The notes: generated by a model from the sequence alone, not told the origin. A stretch of DNA of 61,893 nucleotides from an uncultured Bacilli bacterium (GCA_947628785.1 CANRBE010000001.1:1-61893), one strand, 5' to 3'; positions 27,228 through 38,112 are shown, counted from the stretch's first letter. A program made the numbers and translations.

Positions 27228-28127
27228 TTATAAAAATAAACTTGTTTTGATTTTTTTTAGTTGTTTTACAGGAACACTAGTTACTTTGGATATCAAAGAT
27301 ATATCTATTCCATTTTTAAACATGTTTTCTATTAATGTTTTTCTTTCACTAGTTTTTCCTTGACTTATACCATAATTAATTCCCTGACTAATTCCCTCTT
27401 CATAACTATCTTGTCTAGCTTCTTCTAATACTAATTTATCTTCTTCTTCTTTAGTCCACCATTTCTCTGGAAATTTTCTATTTTTACACATATCCATCAC
27501 CTCTTCTATAAATTTTTTAATTCTTTTTTCACTTAAGTTATTTCTTAATATACTTTCACATTCACTAAACTTTATTGCGGTTAATGACGCTAAATAGACT
27601 ACTTTCTTCTCTCTGTTTCCACTATAATACATTTCTCTATATTTTTCAAGGTTTTTTATTACTATGGTTGGATTTTTACTTAGTATTTTATTTTGTTTTC
27701 TTCCTATACATAATCCAACTTCTTCTAATGTATCATTTTTTGTTGTTTTATAAGTATTTAGATTTAACTGATATACTTGATATTTATTAATATCTTTTAA
27801 TTTACTACCCCTGTTAATATTTAAAGTTCTTATTTTATAAGCATATACTATATTTCTTTCTAATATGTTTTTAGACCTACTTTTATTTATTTCTGTATCT
27901 ATTAAGTATTTATCATTAATTACAGTAAAGATATCGACATTTTTTCTTTTTTCTTTGATTTGGTCAATAGTTAATTCTACATTTTCAAATTCAATATTAA
28001 CTTCTTTTAAACCTAACTCTAATACTTCATTTAACATATCACCAAAAATATCTTTATTTTTTATAAATATTGCTTTAATCAGAAAATCAGTAGTTAAAGG
28101 GATTGGTATTAAATCGTTATCCGACAT
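27228..28127 (-). CDS. Rpn/YhgA-like PD-(D/E)XK recombination-promoting nuclease (putative transposase family)
   Basis: N-terminal PLTTDFLIKAIF...VDIFTVINDKYLIDTEIN core and a C-terminal EEGISQGINYGISQG...GIDISLISKVTSVPVKQLKKI tail, typical of this family from memory. Confidence 0.55.
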   Translation of the reverse strand: MSDNDLIPIPLTTDFLIKAIFIKNKDIFGDMLNEVLELGLKEVNIEFENVELTIDQIKEKRKNVDIFTVINDKYLIDTEINKSRSKNILERNIVYAYKIRTLNINRGSKLKDINKYQVYQLNLNTYKTTKNDTLEEVGLCIGRKQNKILSKNPTIVIKNLEKYREMYYSGNREKKVVYLASLTAIKFSECESILRNNLSEKRIKKFIEEVMDMCKNRKFPEKWWTKEEEDKLVLEEARQDSYEEGISQGINYGISQGKTSERKTLIENMFKNGIDISLISKVTSVPVKQLKKIKTSLFL

Positions 28128-28238
28128 ATTTTTTCTCCTTTCTAAGTTGTATATCTTAATATATAAAAATTAAAAATTTTGTCGACTAATGAAAAAATAA
28201 AAAAAAAATTAGTATTTTATATAAAACACTAATTAATA

Positions 28239-29264
28239 CTAAGCTGGATAATATGCAATATTCATATCAACTCTACCTTTAATTCCTGGAACATGTCCAT
28301 CTGATGCATACTGCCACATATAAAATTTACCAGCATAACTAGTAGTAGTATTTTTCTTATGAATATAATGAGCTATCCAAGTTTTATAACCAAAAAATTG
28401 ATTAGAATCAAATTTAGAACTATAAGCACTTATATATGTATACATCATACTTTTATAACCTTGTTGTTCAATATATGATAAGAAAGTCAAAGCATTATTA
28501 GTTCTTTCTTCATTAGTCAAATTTTTTGCTCTATCTTTAAAAGTTTCAAAATCAAAGGCAATTGGATAAGTAAGATTATATCCCTTTACTCTTGATATAG
28601 TCCAAGCTGCTTCTTCTAAAGCCTCATCTTCAGTAGTTGCTACAGAAAAGAAATATACCCCAACCTTTAAACCAGCAGCTAAAGCTTTTTGAATATTTTT
28701 TTCAAAATAAGGGTCTTCCTTAATAACTCCTGTTTCCGTTCCTCTATATCCTACTCTAATTATGACAAATTCAACTCCACTATTTTTTACCATATTAAAA
28801 TCGACATCACCTTGATATTTAGAAATATCTATTCCAAGAGCTACATTACTATTATTGGTTTTATATTTTTTAATAGCTTCCGCAATTGTAATATCATCAT
28901 CACTTGCTTGAGTAGTTGATTTTACCGTTTTCTCAGCTGGGTCTTCCTTATCTTTTTTGGGTGCTTTTTTTACTTTTGGTACCACTACTTTTTTAGTTAC
29001 TTTTTTAACTATTTTTTTAGTTGGTTTAGCTGATACTTTTTTTACTTCCACTTTCTTTACACTACCTTTAGCTATCATATTATTTATTTTATCAGTATTT
29101 AATAAATAAGGTTCAATAATACCTTTTTGATAAATTTTTAAAATATTAATACCAGTATCTTTTTTTTCTAAAAAAGTCCAATAAAAAGTAACTGGTAAAA
29201 TTAAAAATAAAAATATTAAAATGACTAATAAATACCATCTTTTACTTTCAAATACCTTTTTCAT
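28239..29264 (-). CDS. membrane-anchored GH25 muramidase with Lys-rich linker (paralog of the catalytic domain of 25742..26986)
   Basis: GIDISKYQGDVDF...IAFDFETF...MWQYAS, collinear with the other GH25 domain. N-terminal TM and a KKVTKKVVVPKVKK linker. Confidence 0.85.
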   Translation of the reverse strand: MKKVFESKRWYLLVILIFLFLILPVTFYWTFLEKKDTGINILKIYQKGIIEPYLLNTDKINNMIAKGSVKKVEVKKVSAKPTKKIVKKVTKKVVVPKVKKAPKKDKEDPAEKTVKSTTQASDDDITIAEAIKKYKTNNSNVALGIDISKYQGDVDFNMVKNSGVEFVIIRVGYRGTETGVIKEDPYFEKNIQKALAAGLKVGVYFFSVATTEDEALEEAAWTISRVKGYNLTYPIAFDFETFKDRAKNLTNEERTNNALTFLSYIEQQGYKSMMYTYISAYSSKFDSNQFFGYKTWIAHYIHKKNTTTSYAGKFYMWQYASDGHVPGIKGRVDMNIAYYPA

Positions 29265-29362
29265 TATCTCACATCCTATAATAGCATATCATATTTTTTT
29301 AAGGTTGTAACCATATTTTTTTAAATTAAAAAAAATTTTCTATTTTAGAAAATTTTATACTA

Positions 29363-29758
29363 TTATTTTTTACTTTTTTGCTTAGCTCGTAATTTTTCAG
29401 CATATATTTGTTTTTCAACAATTGGTAATTTAAGAGTTACGATAAGTCCAAGACGAGAACTTTTAATTATCTTTAACATTTCTACATCTGGAATACTTAA
29501 ATCTTGTAACATTTCCTTTAATGACGCTAAATCCTTTTCTACTGTTTGACAAGCTAAAAGCAATCTATCTAAATAATCACTTTCAACAAAACCAGGCACA
29601 CAAGACTCAACTAAAAGTCCCAGTTCTGAATTTTTCAAACTTTTTAAAATATCTAAATTTAACATTTCTGTTGTTTCTATTTTACTTTTTAAATAAGCTA
29701 AATCACATTCGACAATTTTAAGAGCTAACAATAACTTATCTCTCGACATCTCATTCAT
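29363..29758 (-). CDS. hypothetical protein with internal ~60-aa duplication
   Basis: RDKLLLALKIVECDLAYLK...LKNSELGLLVE is repeated as LDRLLLACQTVEKDLASLK...IKSSRLGLIVT. Confidence 0.6.
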   Translation of the reverse strand: MNEMSRDKLLLALKIVECDLAYLKSKIETTEMLNLDILKSLKNSELGLLVESCVPGFVESDYLDRLLLACQTVEKDLASLKEMLQDLSIPDVEMLKIIKSSRLGLIVTLKLPIVEKQIYAEKLRAKQKSKK

Positions 29759-29819
29759 TATAATTCTCCTTTCTCAAATTACTAGTATCATAACTCTTTA
29801 TATACTATTTGTCAAACAA

Positions 29820-30515
29820 TTAACCCCAATTTATTTCTAAAGGATTCTTCCTTTTATTTTTTCGGTTACTGATAATTTGTCCATCTTTCATAGATATTAT
29901 TCTATCCCCTATTAAAGCAATCCCCTGATTATGAGTTACAATAATAATTGTCGTTTTTTTCATTTTATTTATATTTACTAAAGAAGCTAAAACCTTTTTA
30001 CCGTTTTCTTCATCTAAAGCTCCTGTTGGTTCATCACAAAATAATATTTCTGGATTTTTTATAATAGCTCTAGCAATACTTACTCTAGACCTTTCTCCCC
30101 CACTTAATTGGTGAGGATATAAATTTAGTTTATCTTTTAAATTAACCATCTCAATAACTTCATCACAAGAAAATGAATTTTTACTTAATCTTTTAGCTAA
30201 TATGATATTTTCTAAAACAGTTAAATGTTTTAATAAATAACAATCTTGAAAAACAAAACCTACCTTATTCTTTCTAAATCTGGTTTTTAAAAAATCTAAG
30301 TTACTAATAATTTTACCATCATAAAAAATATATCCTTTACTTTTTTTATCCAAGCTAGATAACATATTAAGCAAAGTAGATTTACCACTACCACTAGGAC
30401 CTAATATAACTACAATTTGTCCTTTTTTAATTTCCAAATTAATATCTTTTAAAACAACGTTTTTAATTTTGTCATTTTTATATATTTTTGTTAAATCAAC
30501 TGTTTTTAAAAACAT
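29820..30515 (-). CDS. ABC transporter ATP-binding protein (MacB/LolD-like)
   Basis: Walker A GPSGSGKST, signature LSGGERSR, Walker B LFCDEPTGALD, H-loop VTHN. Confidence 0.9.
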   Translation of the reverse strand: MFLKTVDLTKIYKNDKIKNVVLKDINLEIKKGQIVVILGPSGSGKSTLLNMLSSLDKKSKGYIFYDGKIISNLDFLKTRFRKNKVGFVFQDCYLLKHLTVLENIILAKRLSKNSFSCDEVIEMVNLKDKLNLYPHQLSGGERSRVSIARAIIKNPEILFCDEPTGALDEENGKKVLASLVNINKMKKTTIIIVTHNQGIALIGDRIISMKDGQIISNRKNKRKNPLEINWG

Positions 30516-30518
30516 AAA

Positions 30519-32900
30519 TCACCGACTTTCTTTTAAAATAATCTCTAAAGGTATTTTTTCAAGTTTGCTTTTATTTAACCTGATAGCCAAAAAATAAATA
30601 CCAAGTAATATAATTAAACCTAATATAATCTGAGGAATACTGATAGTTACTAAAAATACCATATCTAATTGTTTTTCAATGTCGTTAATAACTAATTTAA
30701 TAATTTCTTTAATTATTGGAATAGAAATAAAATAAGTAATAAATATAAAAGGAGTATAAATATTTAAAACTAATTTACTTATTTTTTTATCTGAATAACC
30801 CATTATTTTAAGTAAAGCAATATTTGTTTTATTTTCATCTATTATTACATAAGCAATAACAACAATTACTAAAAAAGTAATCAGTAAAGAAAATATTGTT
30901 ATAAAATAAATACTAGCTGTTAAATTTTTCATTTGTTTTTTTAAATTATTTTTTAAATCATTTATATTTAAAATAGTACTTATTTTATCTTGTTTAGTTA
31001 AAGGTAAATTATCCATACTCATATATTTATTATCATTACTATACATTTCATTATAAACTATCTTTTTATATCCTACTTTCTTACTTAAATCTAATCTATT
31101 AACATAACCATAAATTTCAGTATTTCCTTTAGTTACATCAATTATTTTATATTTATATTCACGATTTCCAATTTTAATTATTAAATAATCATCCAATTTT
31201 AAATTGTATTTATTTTTTAAATTTTCATTAATAACAATCTCATTTTGATTAATTTTTTTATCAGTTACTTTAAAATATTTAGTTTTATTATCAATTCCAA
31301 TCACATTAATCTCTTCCTTATTTTTAATACTACCTGTTACATTAAATAAATAATCACCATCTTCAGAATCAGTCAGGGAACTATTAAAAATTATTAAGTA
31401 TTTAAATTTCATATTTTCAAAAGAACTATCAACAATTTGATTAAATAAATTAGAAATAATCAACGAAAAAACAATTAATAAACTAGCTCCTAATATTATA
31501 AAAATAATTACTATTAATTTTCCTAATGACCTAAAAGCTAGTGATAATTTAAACTTATAATCAAAAGGAAAAAGATAAAATATTCGGTTTATAATTTTTG
31601 TTAAAATATTTACTTTAATATTACTTCCTTCTTTTAATAAAGATAAAGATTTTTTTCTTACTAAATAAAAAGATATTATCATAGTAAATAAAGGTAGAAG
31701 AAGATAAAATTTGATAATTTGTTTAAAATAATTAAAATTAAATACATAATTAGTTATTGGTATATTAAAACCTATCCCATATAAATTAGTAAACGGTACT
31801 ACTAATAAACTACTAACAATTAAACCAATAATACTACCTAATATGATAGTTACTATTGGATAAACTAAATATGATGATGCTATATATATTTTAGAAAAAC
31901 CTAAAGCTTTTTCATTACCTATTTCGTTTTTTTCACTGTCAATAATTTTCTTTATCATGATAAAATTGATAAATATAGAAATACCTAATAATAAGGTTAA
32001 AAAATATTTAGCTAAAACTCGATTATTTTCAATTTCTTGTTTTAAATAATTTACTCGATTAGTTCTAGTTATTGTATCAATATTATAGTCTATATTGTTT
32101 TCTTTTAATAATTTTATTCTTATGTCATTATTATCTTCATTAAAATCCATTTTTCTTTTGTAATTATCAAATTTAATTGCAAAACCACTATTTAGTATAC
32201 CTGTTATTAAATTAAAATCATCATTAGTTAAATAAATTACTCTATCTTCTAAACTATTTAACACATTTATCATAGGATATATATAAACTGGACTATAAAT
32301 AATACCAACTATTTTATACTTTTTTTGGTTAATCAAATAAGTACTATTTATTTTAAAACTTTTATCCGCTACTATTTCCCCATTTTCTTTAGGCCATCTA
32401 CCTTTTATTAATTTAGGTTTGTTTATATTTTTATTTTCTTTTAAGTTAAACAAAATCAAATTATTTTTCTTTTGTTTAATAATTTTATTTTGTTGTAATT
32501 CATAAGTAAAATGATACTTTGCTTGTAAAGATTTTAAAATAGCTATTTGTTTTGTTTTAAAAACATCCATTTTATCTAATAATTTTTTTATATCTTCCAC
32601 TTCAAAATATGATAAAGTATTAGGATTATATAAAAAATTAAGTAACGTTTTTTTTAAAGAAGTGTCAACTAAAGAAAAGTCAATATCTTGATATTTTAAA
32701 TCATTATAGTTATTATTAACTGAAAGATATACATGTTCAACATTTTGTTTTTCTAAATAATCATTATATGTTTTTTCTAAACTATCAAAAGAAAGGTTTA
32801 GGGTATTATAAATAGTTATTGTTAAAGATATAATCATAATTAAAATTATAATAATTAACTTTCTATCTTTTAAACTTTTTAAAACACTTATAAATAACAT
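30519..32900 (-). CDS. ABC transporter permease, duplicated FtsX-like domains
   Basis: 793 aa with two blocks of 3-4 TM helices, each preceded by a large extracytoplasmic domain. Flanked by two ATPase genes. Confidence 0.8.
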   Translation of the reverse strand: MLFISVLKSLKDRKLIIIILIMIISLTITIYNTLNLSFDSLEKTYNDYLEKQNVEHVYLSVNNNYNDLKYQDIDFSLVDTSLKKTLLNFLYNPNTLSYFEVEDIKKLLDKMDVFKTKQIAILKSLQAKYHFTYELQQNKIIKQKKNNLILFNLKENKNINKPKLIKGRWPKENGEIVADKSFKINSTYLINQKKYKIVGIIYSPVYIYPMINVLNSLEDRVIYLTNDDFNLITGILNSGFAIKFDNYKRKMDFNEDNNDIRIKLLKENNIDYNIDTITRTNRVNYLKQEIENNRVLAKYFLTLLLGISIFINFIMIKKIIDSEKNEIGNEKALGFSKIYIASSYLVYPIVTIILGSIIGLIVSSLLVVPFTNLYGIGFNIPITNYVFNFNYFKQIIKFYLLLPLFTMIISFYLVRKKSLSLLKEGSNIKVNILTKIINRIFYLFPFDYKFKLSLAFRSLGKLIVIIFIILGASLLIVFSLIISNLFNQIVDSSFENMKFKYLIIFNSSLTDSEDGDYLFNVTGSIKNKEEINVIGIDNKTKYFKVTDKKINQNEIVINENLKNKYNLKLDDYLIIKIGNREYKYKIIDVTKGNTEIYGYVNRLDLSKKVGYKKIVYNEMYSNDNKYMSMDNLPLTKQDKISTILNINDLKNNLKKQMKNLTASIYFITIFSLLITFLVIVVIAYVIIDENKTNIALLKIMGYSDKKISKLVLNIYTPFIFITYFISIPIIKEIIKLVINDIEKQLDMVFLVTISIPQIILGLIILLGIYFLAIRLNKSKLEKIPLEIILKESR

Positions 32901-32910
32901 AATATCCCCC

Positions 32911-33555
32911 CTAATTAGTATTTATCAAACCATTTTTTAAATAAATAACTCGACTAGCCAAAGAAGCTATAAACTTATCATGGGTTACAATAATAATACT
33001 TGTATGATAAGTTTGATTAATTTTTTTTAAAATATTTAAAACATGTCTACTATTATTAACATCTAAAGGTTTAGTTATTTCATCACCAATTAAAACTTGA
33101 GGATTTTTAATTAAGGCTCTTAAAATACAAACTAAAGCTTTTTCTCCTCCACTTAATTGATAAGGATATTTTTTTAAATGTTTTTTTAGTCCTAACAAAT
33201 TAATAAGTTCTTCTTTTTTTAAACTGTTTTTTTTATTATCACCTAGTTCAATATTTTCAAAAACATTTAAAGTAGGGATTAAATTGTAATCTTGGTTGAT
33301 AAAACCAATATCATTTAACCGCATTTTTCTTAAAAACTCTTTGTTTTCTGTCACAATATTTTTATCATTAAACCAAATATTACCATTAGTTGGTTTTGTT
33401 ATTCCAAAAAGTAAATTTAATAAAGTAGATTTACCACTACCACTAGGACCTAAAACAACTACAAATTCCCCTTTTTTAATTCTTAAATTGATATTTTTTA
33501 AAGCGTAAAAATTACCATAAGCTTTAGATACATTTTCTAATTTGTATAAATCCAT
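32911..33555 (-). CDS. second ABC transporter ATP-binding protein
   Basis: Walker A GPSGSGKST, LSGGEKAL, Walker B-like LIGDEITKPLD, VTHD. Diverged from 29820..30515. Confidence 0.85.
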   Translation of the reverse strand: MDLYKLENVSKAYGNFYALKNINLRIKKGEFVVVLGPSGSGKSTLLNLLFGITKPTNGNIWFNDKNIVTENKEFLRKMRLNDIGFINQDYNLIPTLNVFENIELGDNKKNSLKKEELINLLGLKKHLKKYPYQLSGGEKALVCILRALIKNPQVLIGDEITKPLDVNNSRHVLNILKKINQTYHTSIIIVTHDKFIASLASRVIYLKNGLINTN

Positions 33556-33620
33556 ATTTTCTCCTTTTAATAATTAAGTCTTAAAATACAATGTTTTTTT
33601 TAACTTGTCAAATCACTAAA

Positions 33621-33666
33621 ACAAAAAAATAAGTAACATTTTTTTAGTTTGTTACTTATTTTTTTT
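33621..33666. terminator. bidirectional terminator downstream of polC
   Basis: AATAAGTAAC-13 nt loop-GTTACTTATT with A/T runs on both flanks. Confidence 0.5.
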
Positions 33667-33705
33667 AAATAATAATCAAAGTTTTAAAATTTTTGATATT
33701 CGTTT

Positions 33706-36700
33706 TTAAAAAAGACTTAATTGACTAGATTCATCCATATTATCTAAAATTCCCATTCCCCGCATTTTTTCAATTAAAGTAGATGATACTTTAGCTCTCT
33801 TTTGTAAATCTTCTATACTTAAAAATGGTCTTTTTTCTCTTTCTTCAACTATTTTTAAAGCAACAGTTTCTCCCAAACCATCTATAGTTCTAAATGGTGG
33901 TATTAAAGTTTTATTATCATCATCAATGATAAAATATTTAGCTTGACTTCTATTTATATCGATGTTACCAAAATTAATTCCTCTAGCAGTTGCTTCTAAA
34001 GCAACCCATAAAGAGTCATAAATAGCACTATCTTTGTTAGTTGCTTGTTTTCCTAAATCAGTTATTAACTTCATTTTGTTTTTAATAGCATCATATCCTT
34101 TAATCATCGTTTCAATATCAAAATCATCAGTTCTTACAGAAAAGTAAGCATCATAGTAATATAGTGGATGATGAACTTTAAACCAAGCAATTCTAAAAGC
34201 ACTCATAACATAAGCCGCCGCATGGGCTTTAGGGAACATGTATTTAATTTTAAAACATGAGGTTATATACCAGTCTGGTATACCAGCTTTTTTCATATCA
34301 TCTTCAAATTTTTTCCAACCTTCTTTATCTTTATGTTGTTTTCCTTTACGAACAAATTCCATTGTTTTAAATGCTTTTAAAGGTTCCATACCTTGATACA
34401 TTAAATAAACCATAATATCATCACGACAACCAATAACATCAGAAAATGTTACTATTTTATTTTGAATTAATTCTTGGGCATTACCAAGCCAAACATCAGT
34501 ACCATGTGACAAACCAGATATTTTAATTAATTCCGCAAATGTTTTAGGTTTAGTATCTTCAAGCATTTGAATAACAAATTTAGTTCCAAATTCAGGAATT
34601 CCTAAAGTACCTGTATTACACATTATTTGTTCATTAGTTACTCCTAATACTTCAGGGGAACAAAATATTTTCATTGTCTCTTTTTCACCCATTTCAATTT
34701 TTAAAACATCTATTCCCGATATATCTTGAAGCATTCTAAGCATGGTTGGGTCGTCATGACCTAGTATATCAAGTTTTAATAAATCATCTTCTATTTTATG
34801 ATAATCAAAGTGGGTAGTTCGCCACAATGAGGTAGGGTCTTCAGCTGGAAATTGAAAAGGAGTAAAATCAAATATTTCTTTATAATCAGGTACTACTACA
34901 ATTCCACCTGGATGTTGACCAGTTGTTCTTTTAACTCCAGTACAGCCAATAGCTAGTCTTTCAACTTCAGCATTTCTAACTATTTTATGATTATCTTCCA
35001 TATAACCTTTGACATAACCAAAAGCAGTTTTAGTCGCGACTGTTCCAACTGTTCCAGCTCTATAAACATTATCAACCCCAAATAATACTTTGGTATATTC
35101 GTGAGCTTTCCACTGATAATCTCCTGAGAAATTTAAATCAATATCTGGTACTTTATCAGCATTAAATCCTAAAAAGGTAGCAAATGGCATATCTTGACCA
35201 TCTTTAATCATTGGTGTTTGACATTTAGGACAGTTTAAATCTGGTAAATCAAAACCACTAGAATATTTTGAACCTAATGAGATACCATCTTCTTCAAAAA
35301 TACTATGTTTACAATTAGGACAACGATAATGAGCTGGCAAGGGATTAACTTCGGTTATTCCCATCATAGTAGCAACAAAGCTAGAACCAACTGAACCTCT
35401 ACTTCCAACTAAATATCCATCATCATTAGATTTTTTAACTAGTTTTTGTGCAATTAGATAAATAACATCATAACCACCTTTAATAATACCTGTAAGTTCT
35501 GATTCAATTCTTTCTTTAATTAAATCTGGTAAAGGATTACCATACCAATCCATCGCTTTTCCATAAACAAGTTCATTAACTGTTTCAACTGAATTTTCAA
35601 TTCGTGGTGAAAATGGTACTCCTCCTGTTTGAACTATAACATCAAATACTTCGGTCATATCAAGAATTTTATTTGTATTAGTAACTACGATTTCATAAGC
35701 TAAATCACTATCTAAGAAAGAAAAGCTATCAAGCATTTCTCTAGTTGTTCTAAAATGTTGACTTGGTATTTCTCTCCCATGAGCATTTCTAATTAAAGGA
35801 TGTCTACCACGTCCAGGAACATTTTGATGAATTATTATTTGACGGTAAATTTTATCTTCTTTTTTTAGATGATGAACATCTCCTGTTGCCACAATTATTT
35901 TACCACTTTCTTTAGTTACTCTAATAACTTTTTTTATGTTGTTTATAAGTTCTTCTTCATTAGCAAAATCACCACCAACTAAATGTGAGTAACAATCAAC
36001 AGGTTGGACTTCTACATAATCATAAAATTTAATAATATTCGCTAGTTCTTCATCACTTTTAGTTCTACTTTCAGTAAATACTTCACTTTGATAACAACCA
36101 CTACCAATCAATAACCCTTCCCGATATTTTTCAATGACACTTCTAAGTATTCTTGGGGTTTTATATAAATATGTAGTATTGGCATATGAAATAATTTTAA
36201 ATAAGTTTTTAAGTCCAGTATGATTTAAACACAATATATTTATATCATGTTCTTTCCCATATTTATGAATTTCATCTTTAGGTACTAAACTGTTTAATTC
36301 ACTAATTTTTTCCATATTACGATTATCTAATTTTTTAAGCATTTTATAAAATACCAAAGCCGTTCCTTCCGCATCATAATCAGCACGGTGATGAGCGTCT
36401 TCTTCAAATACTACACCATAACGTTTAGTAATAGCACTTAAACTATGTCTAGTTTCGCCATTATCCAAAGTTCTAGATAATTGCAAAGTATCAATAACAG
36501 TATTTTTAAATTTACCTAAGTTATATTTTTTATAAGCCATTTCAATAAAAGAAACATCAAATTTAGCATTATGAGCTACCATTGGTAAATCTTTAAACCA
36601 TTCAATAAACTTTTTAACGGCACTTTCTTCATCAATTTGTCCTTTTAACATATCATCAGTCATATTAGTAAGTTCAGTAATTTTTTTAGGCAAAGGTCTT

Positions 36701-38112
36701 TTAGGATCAATTAATAAATCAAATCTATCAATTATTTCTCCATTACATATTTTAACAGCTCCAATTTCAATGATACTATCATACCCACCAGCATTAAACC
36801 CTGTTGTTTCCAAATCGAATACTACATAAGTTTGACTCATCAAACTATCATCGGTTGGTCTAATAACTACATCGATATTATCATCAATCATCACTAGTTC
36901 TGTACCATATATCATTTTAAAAGGTTCTTCACCTTCTTTTAAATTTTTATTTAAAGCCGTTACATAATTAAAAGCATTAGGAAAAGATTGAGCCCCATCA
37001 TGATCTGTTAAAGCTAACCCACGATGTTTAAATTTCCTTGCTTGGTCAATTAATTGTTCTATTGTAACAACTCCATCCATTTGGCTCATCACCGTATGAG
37101 TATGAAGTTCTACTCTCCTTACAGGAGCATCATCAATAATTTCCTCTTCTTGTCTTTCAATAGTATTTATATCTACTAATTGAATTGTCAACTCTTTTGA
37201 AAAAGCATCATTTTTTACTTTTCCTCGCATTAAAAACCAAGTTTTATTTTTTATTCCTTTGTTTAAAAGAGGTATTATTTTATCAAAATCACTTTGTTCT
37301 CTAATAAATACCTTACCATATATACTATCTGTTTTATCTGTTAATTTTAAGGTAATTATTTTAAGACCAGATTTAGTTTCTAGAATATCTAAATCAGTAA
37401 ATATTTGACATTCAATAGTAACATTGTTATTTTCAGATACAATAGTATCTAATCTAACAGGAGTTGTATCTATAACTCTTCCAATAACCACATTATCCTT
37501 ATCTTCTACAATAAGAGGTTTAGCTTTAAAATTACTTTTAAAATTGTTCTTTTTAACTTCTTCTGGTTCTTCTTTTTTTTGATAAAAATCATCAGGTATC
37601 TTAACTTTTAAATCTGCTTCTATTTCATCAAGTATTTCTTTATTTTGTTGTTTATTTTCTTCTATGTTGATATTAATATCATATCCAACTTCTTTTAAAT
37701 CTGTTTGTAGTTTTAAAATAATTGTATTTAGTTTCATCTCTTCTGCTTTATTACTTACTTCAATTGTTAAAGTTTTGTCACTAAATTTAAATTTATTATC
37801 TACATACATTTTTAATATTGGACTATTTACACTATATTTTTCAATGTAATAACGATAGTAATAAGGAAAATATTCTTCACTCATATTTTCTACTTCTAAT
37901 AATAATTTAATATCATACATATTAAAAGTTTCTTTTAATGTTTGATAAAATTGTTCATATATATTTAAAGGCCAATTTGTTTTTAAAGCAATATGAAAAA
38001 ATGCTTCTTTATCTTTAATAACTATTTTAGTTAGTTTAGAATAAGTACAATATTTTTTTATATCATCATTTAAACCCATTTTGGATACTAAAGTTATCAT
38101 TTTATCGTCCAT
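33706..38112 (-). CDS. polC: DNA polymerase III alpha subunit, PolC type
   Basis: PHP motif VELHTHTVMSQMDG, inserted 3'-5' exonuclease VVFDLETTGF...HRADYDA, and a polymerase core. Start set at the ATG at 38112 behind a GGAGG SD. Confidence 0.97.
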   Translation of the reverse strand: MDDKMITLVSKMGLNDDIKKYCTYSKLTKIVIKDKEAFFHIALKTNWPLNIYEQFYQTLKETFNMYDIKLLLEVENMSEEYFPYYYRYYIEKYSVNSPILKMYVDNKFKFSDKTLTIEVSNKAEEMKLNTIILKLQTDLKEVGYDININIEENKQQNKEILDEIEADLKVKIPDDFYQKKEEPEEVKKNNFKSNFKAKPLIVEDKDNVVIGRVIDTTPVRLDTIVSENNNVTIECQIFTDLDILETKSGLKIITLKLTDKTDSIYGKVFIREQSDFDKIIPLLNKGIKNKTWFLMRGKVKNDAFSKELTIQLVDINTIERQEEEIIDDAPVRRVELHTHTVMSQMDGVVTIEQLIDQARKFKHRGLALTDHDGAQSFPNAFNYVTALNKNLKEGEEPFKMIYGTELVMIDDNIDVVIRPTDDSLMSQTYVVFDLETTGFNAGGYDSIIEIGAVKICNGEIIDRFDLLIDPKRPLPKKITELTNMTDDMLKGQIDEESAVKKFIEWFKDLPMVAHNAKFDVSFIEMAYKKYNLGKFKNTVIDTLQLSRTLDNGETRHSLSAITKRYGVVFEEDAHHRADYDAEGTALVFYKMLKKLDNRNMEKISELNSLVPKDEIHKYGKEHDINILCLNHTGLKNLFKIISYANTTYLYKTPRILRSVIEKYREGLLIGSGCYQSEVFTESRTKSDEELANIIKFYDYVEVQPVDCYSHLVGGDFANEEELINNIKKVIRVTKESGKIIVATGDVHHLKKEDKIYRQIIIHQNVPGRGRHPLIRNAHGREIPSQHFRTTREMLDSFSFLDSDLAYEIVVTNTNKILDMTEVFDVIVQTGGVPFSPRIENSVETVNELVYGKAMDWYGNPLPDLIKERIESELTGIIKGGYDVIYLIAQKLVKKSNDDGYLVGSRGSVGSSFVATMMGITEVNPLPAHYRCPNCKHSIFEEDGISLGSKYSSGFDLPDLNCPKCQTPMIKDGQDMPFATFLGFNADKVPDIDLNFSGDYQWKAHEYTKVLFGVDNVYRAGTVGTVATKTAFGYVKGYMEDNHKIVRNAEVERLAIGCTGVKRTTGQHPGGIVVVPDYKEIFDFTPFQFPAEDPTSLWRTTHFDYHKIEDDLLKLDILGHDDPTMLRMLQDISGIDVLKIEMGEKETMKIFCSPEVLGVTNEQIMCNTGTLGIPEFGTKFVIQMLEDTKPKTFAELIKISGLSHGTDVWLGNAQELIQNKIVTFSDVIGCRDDIMVYLMYQGMEPLKAFKTMEFVRKGKQHKDKEGWKKFEDDMKKAGIPDWYITSCFKIKYMFPKAHAAAYVMSAFRIAWFKVHHPLYYYDAYFSVRTDDFDIETMIKGYDAIKNKMKLITDLGKQATNKDSAIYDSLWVALEATARGINFGNIDINRSQAKYFIIDDDNKTLIPPFRTIDGLGETVALKIVEEREKRPFLSIEDLQKRAKVSSTLIEKMRGMGILDNMDESSQLSLF

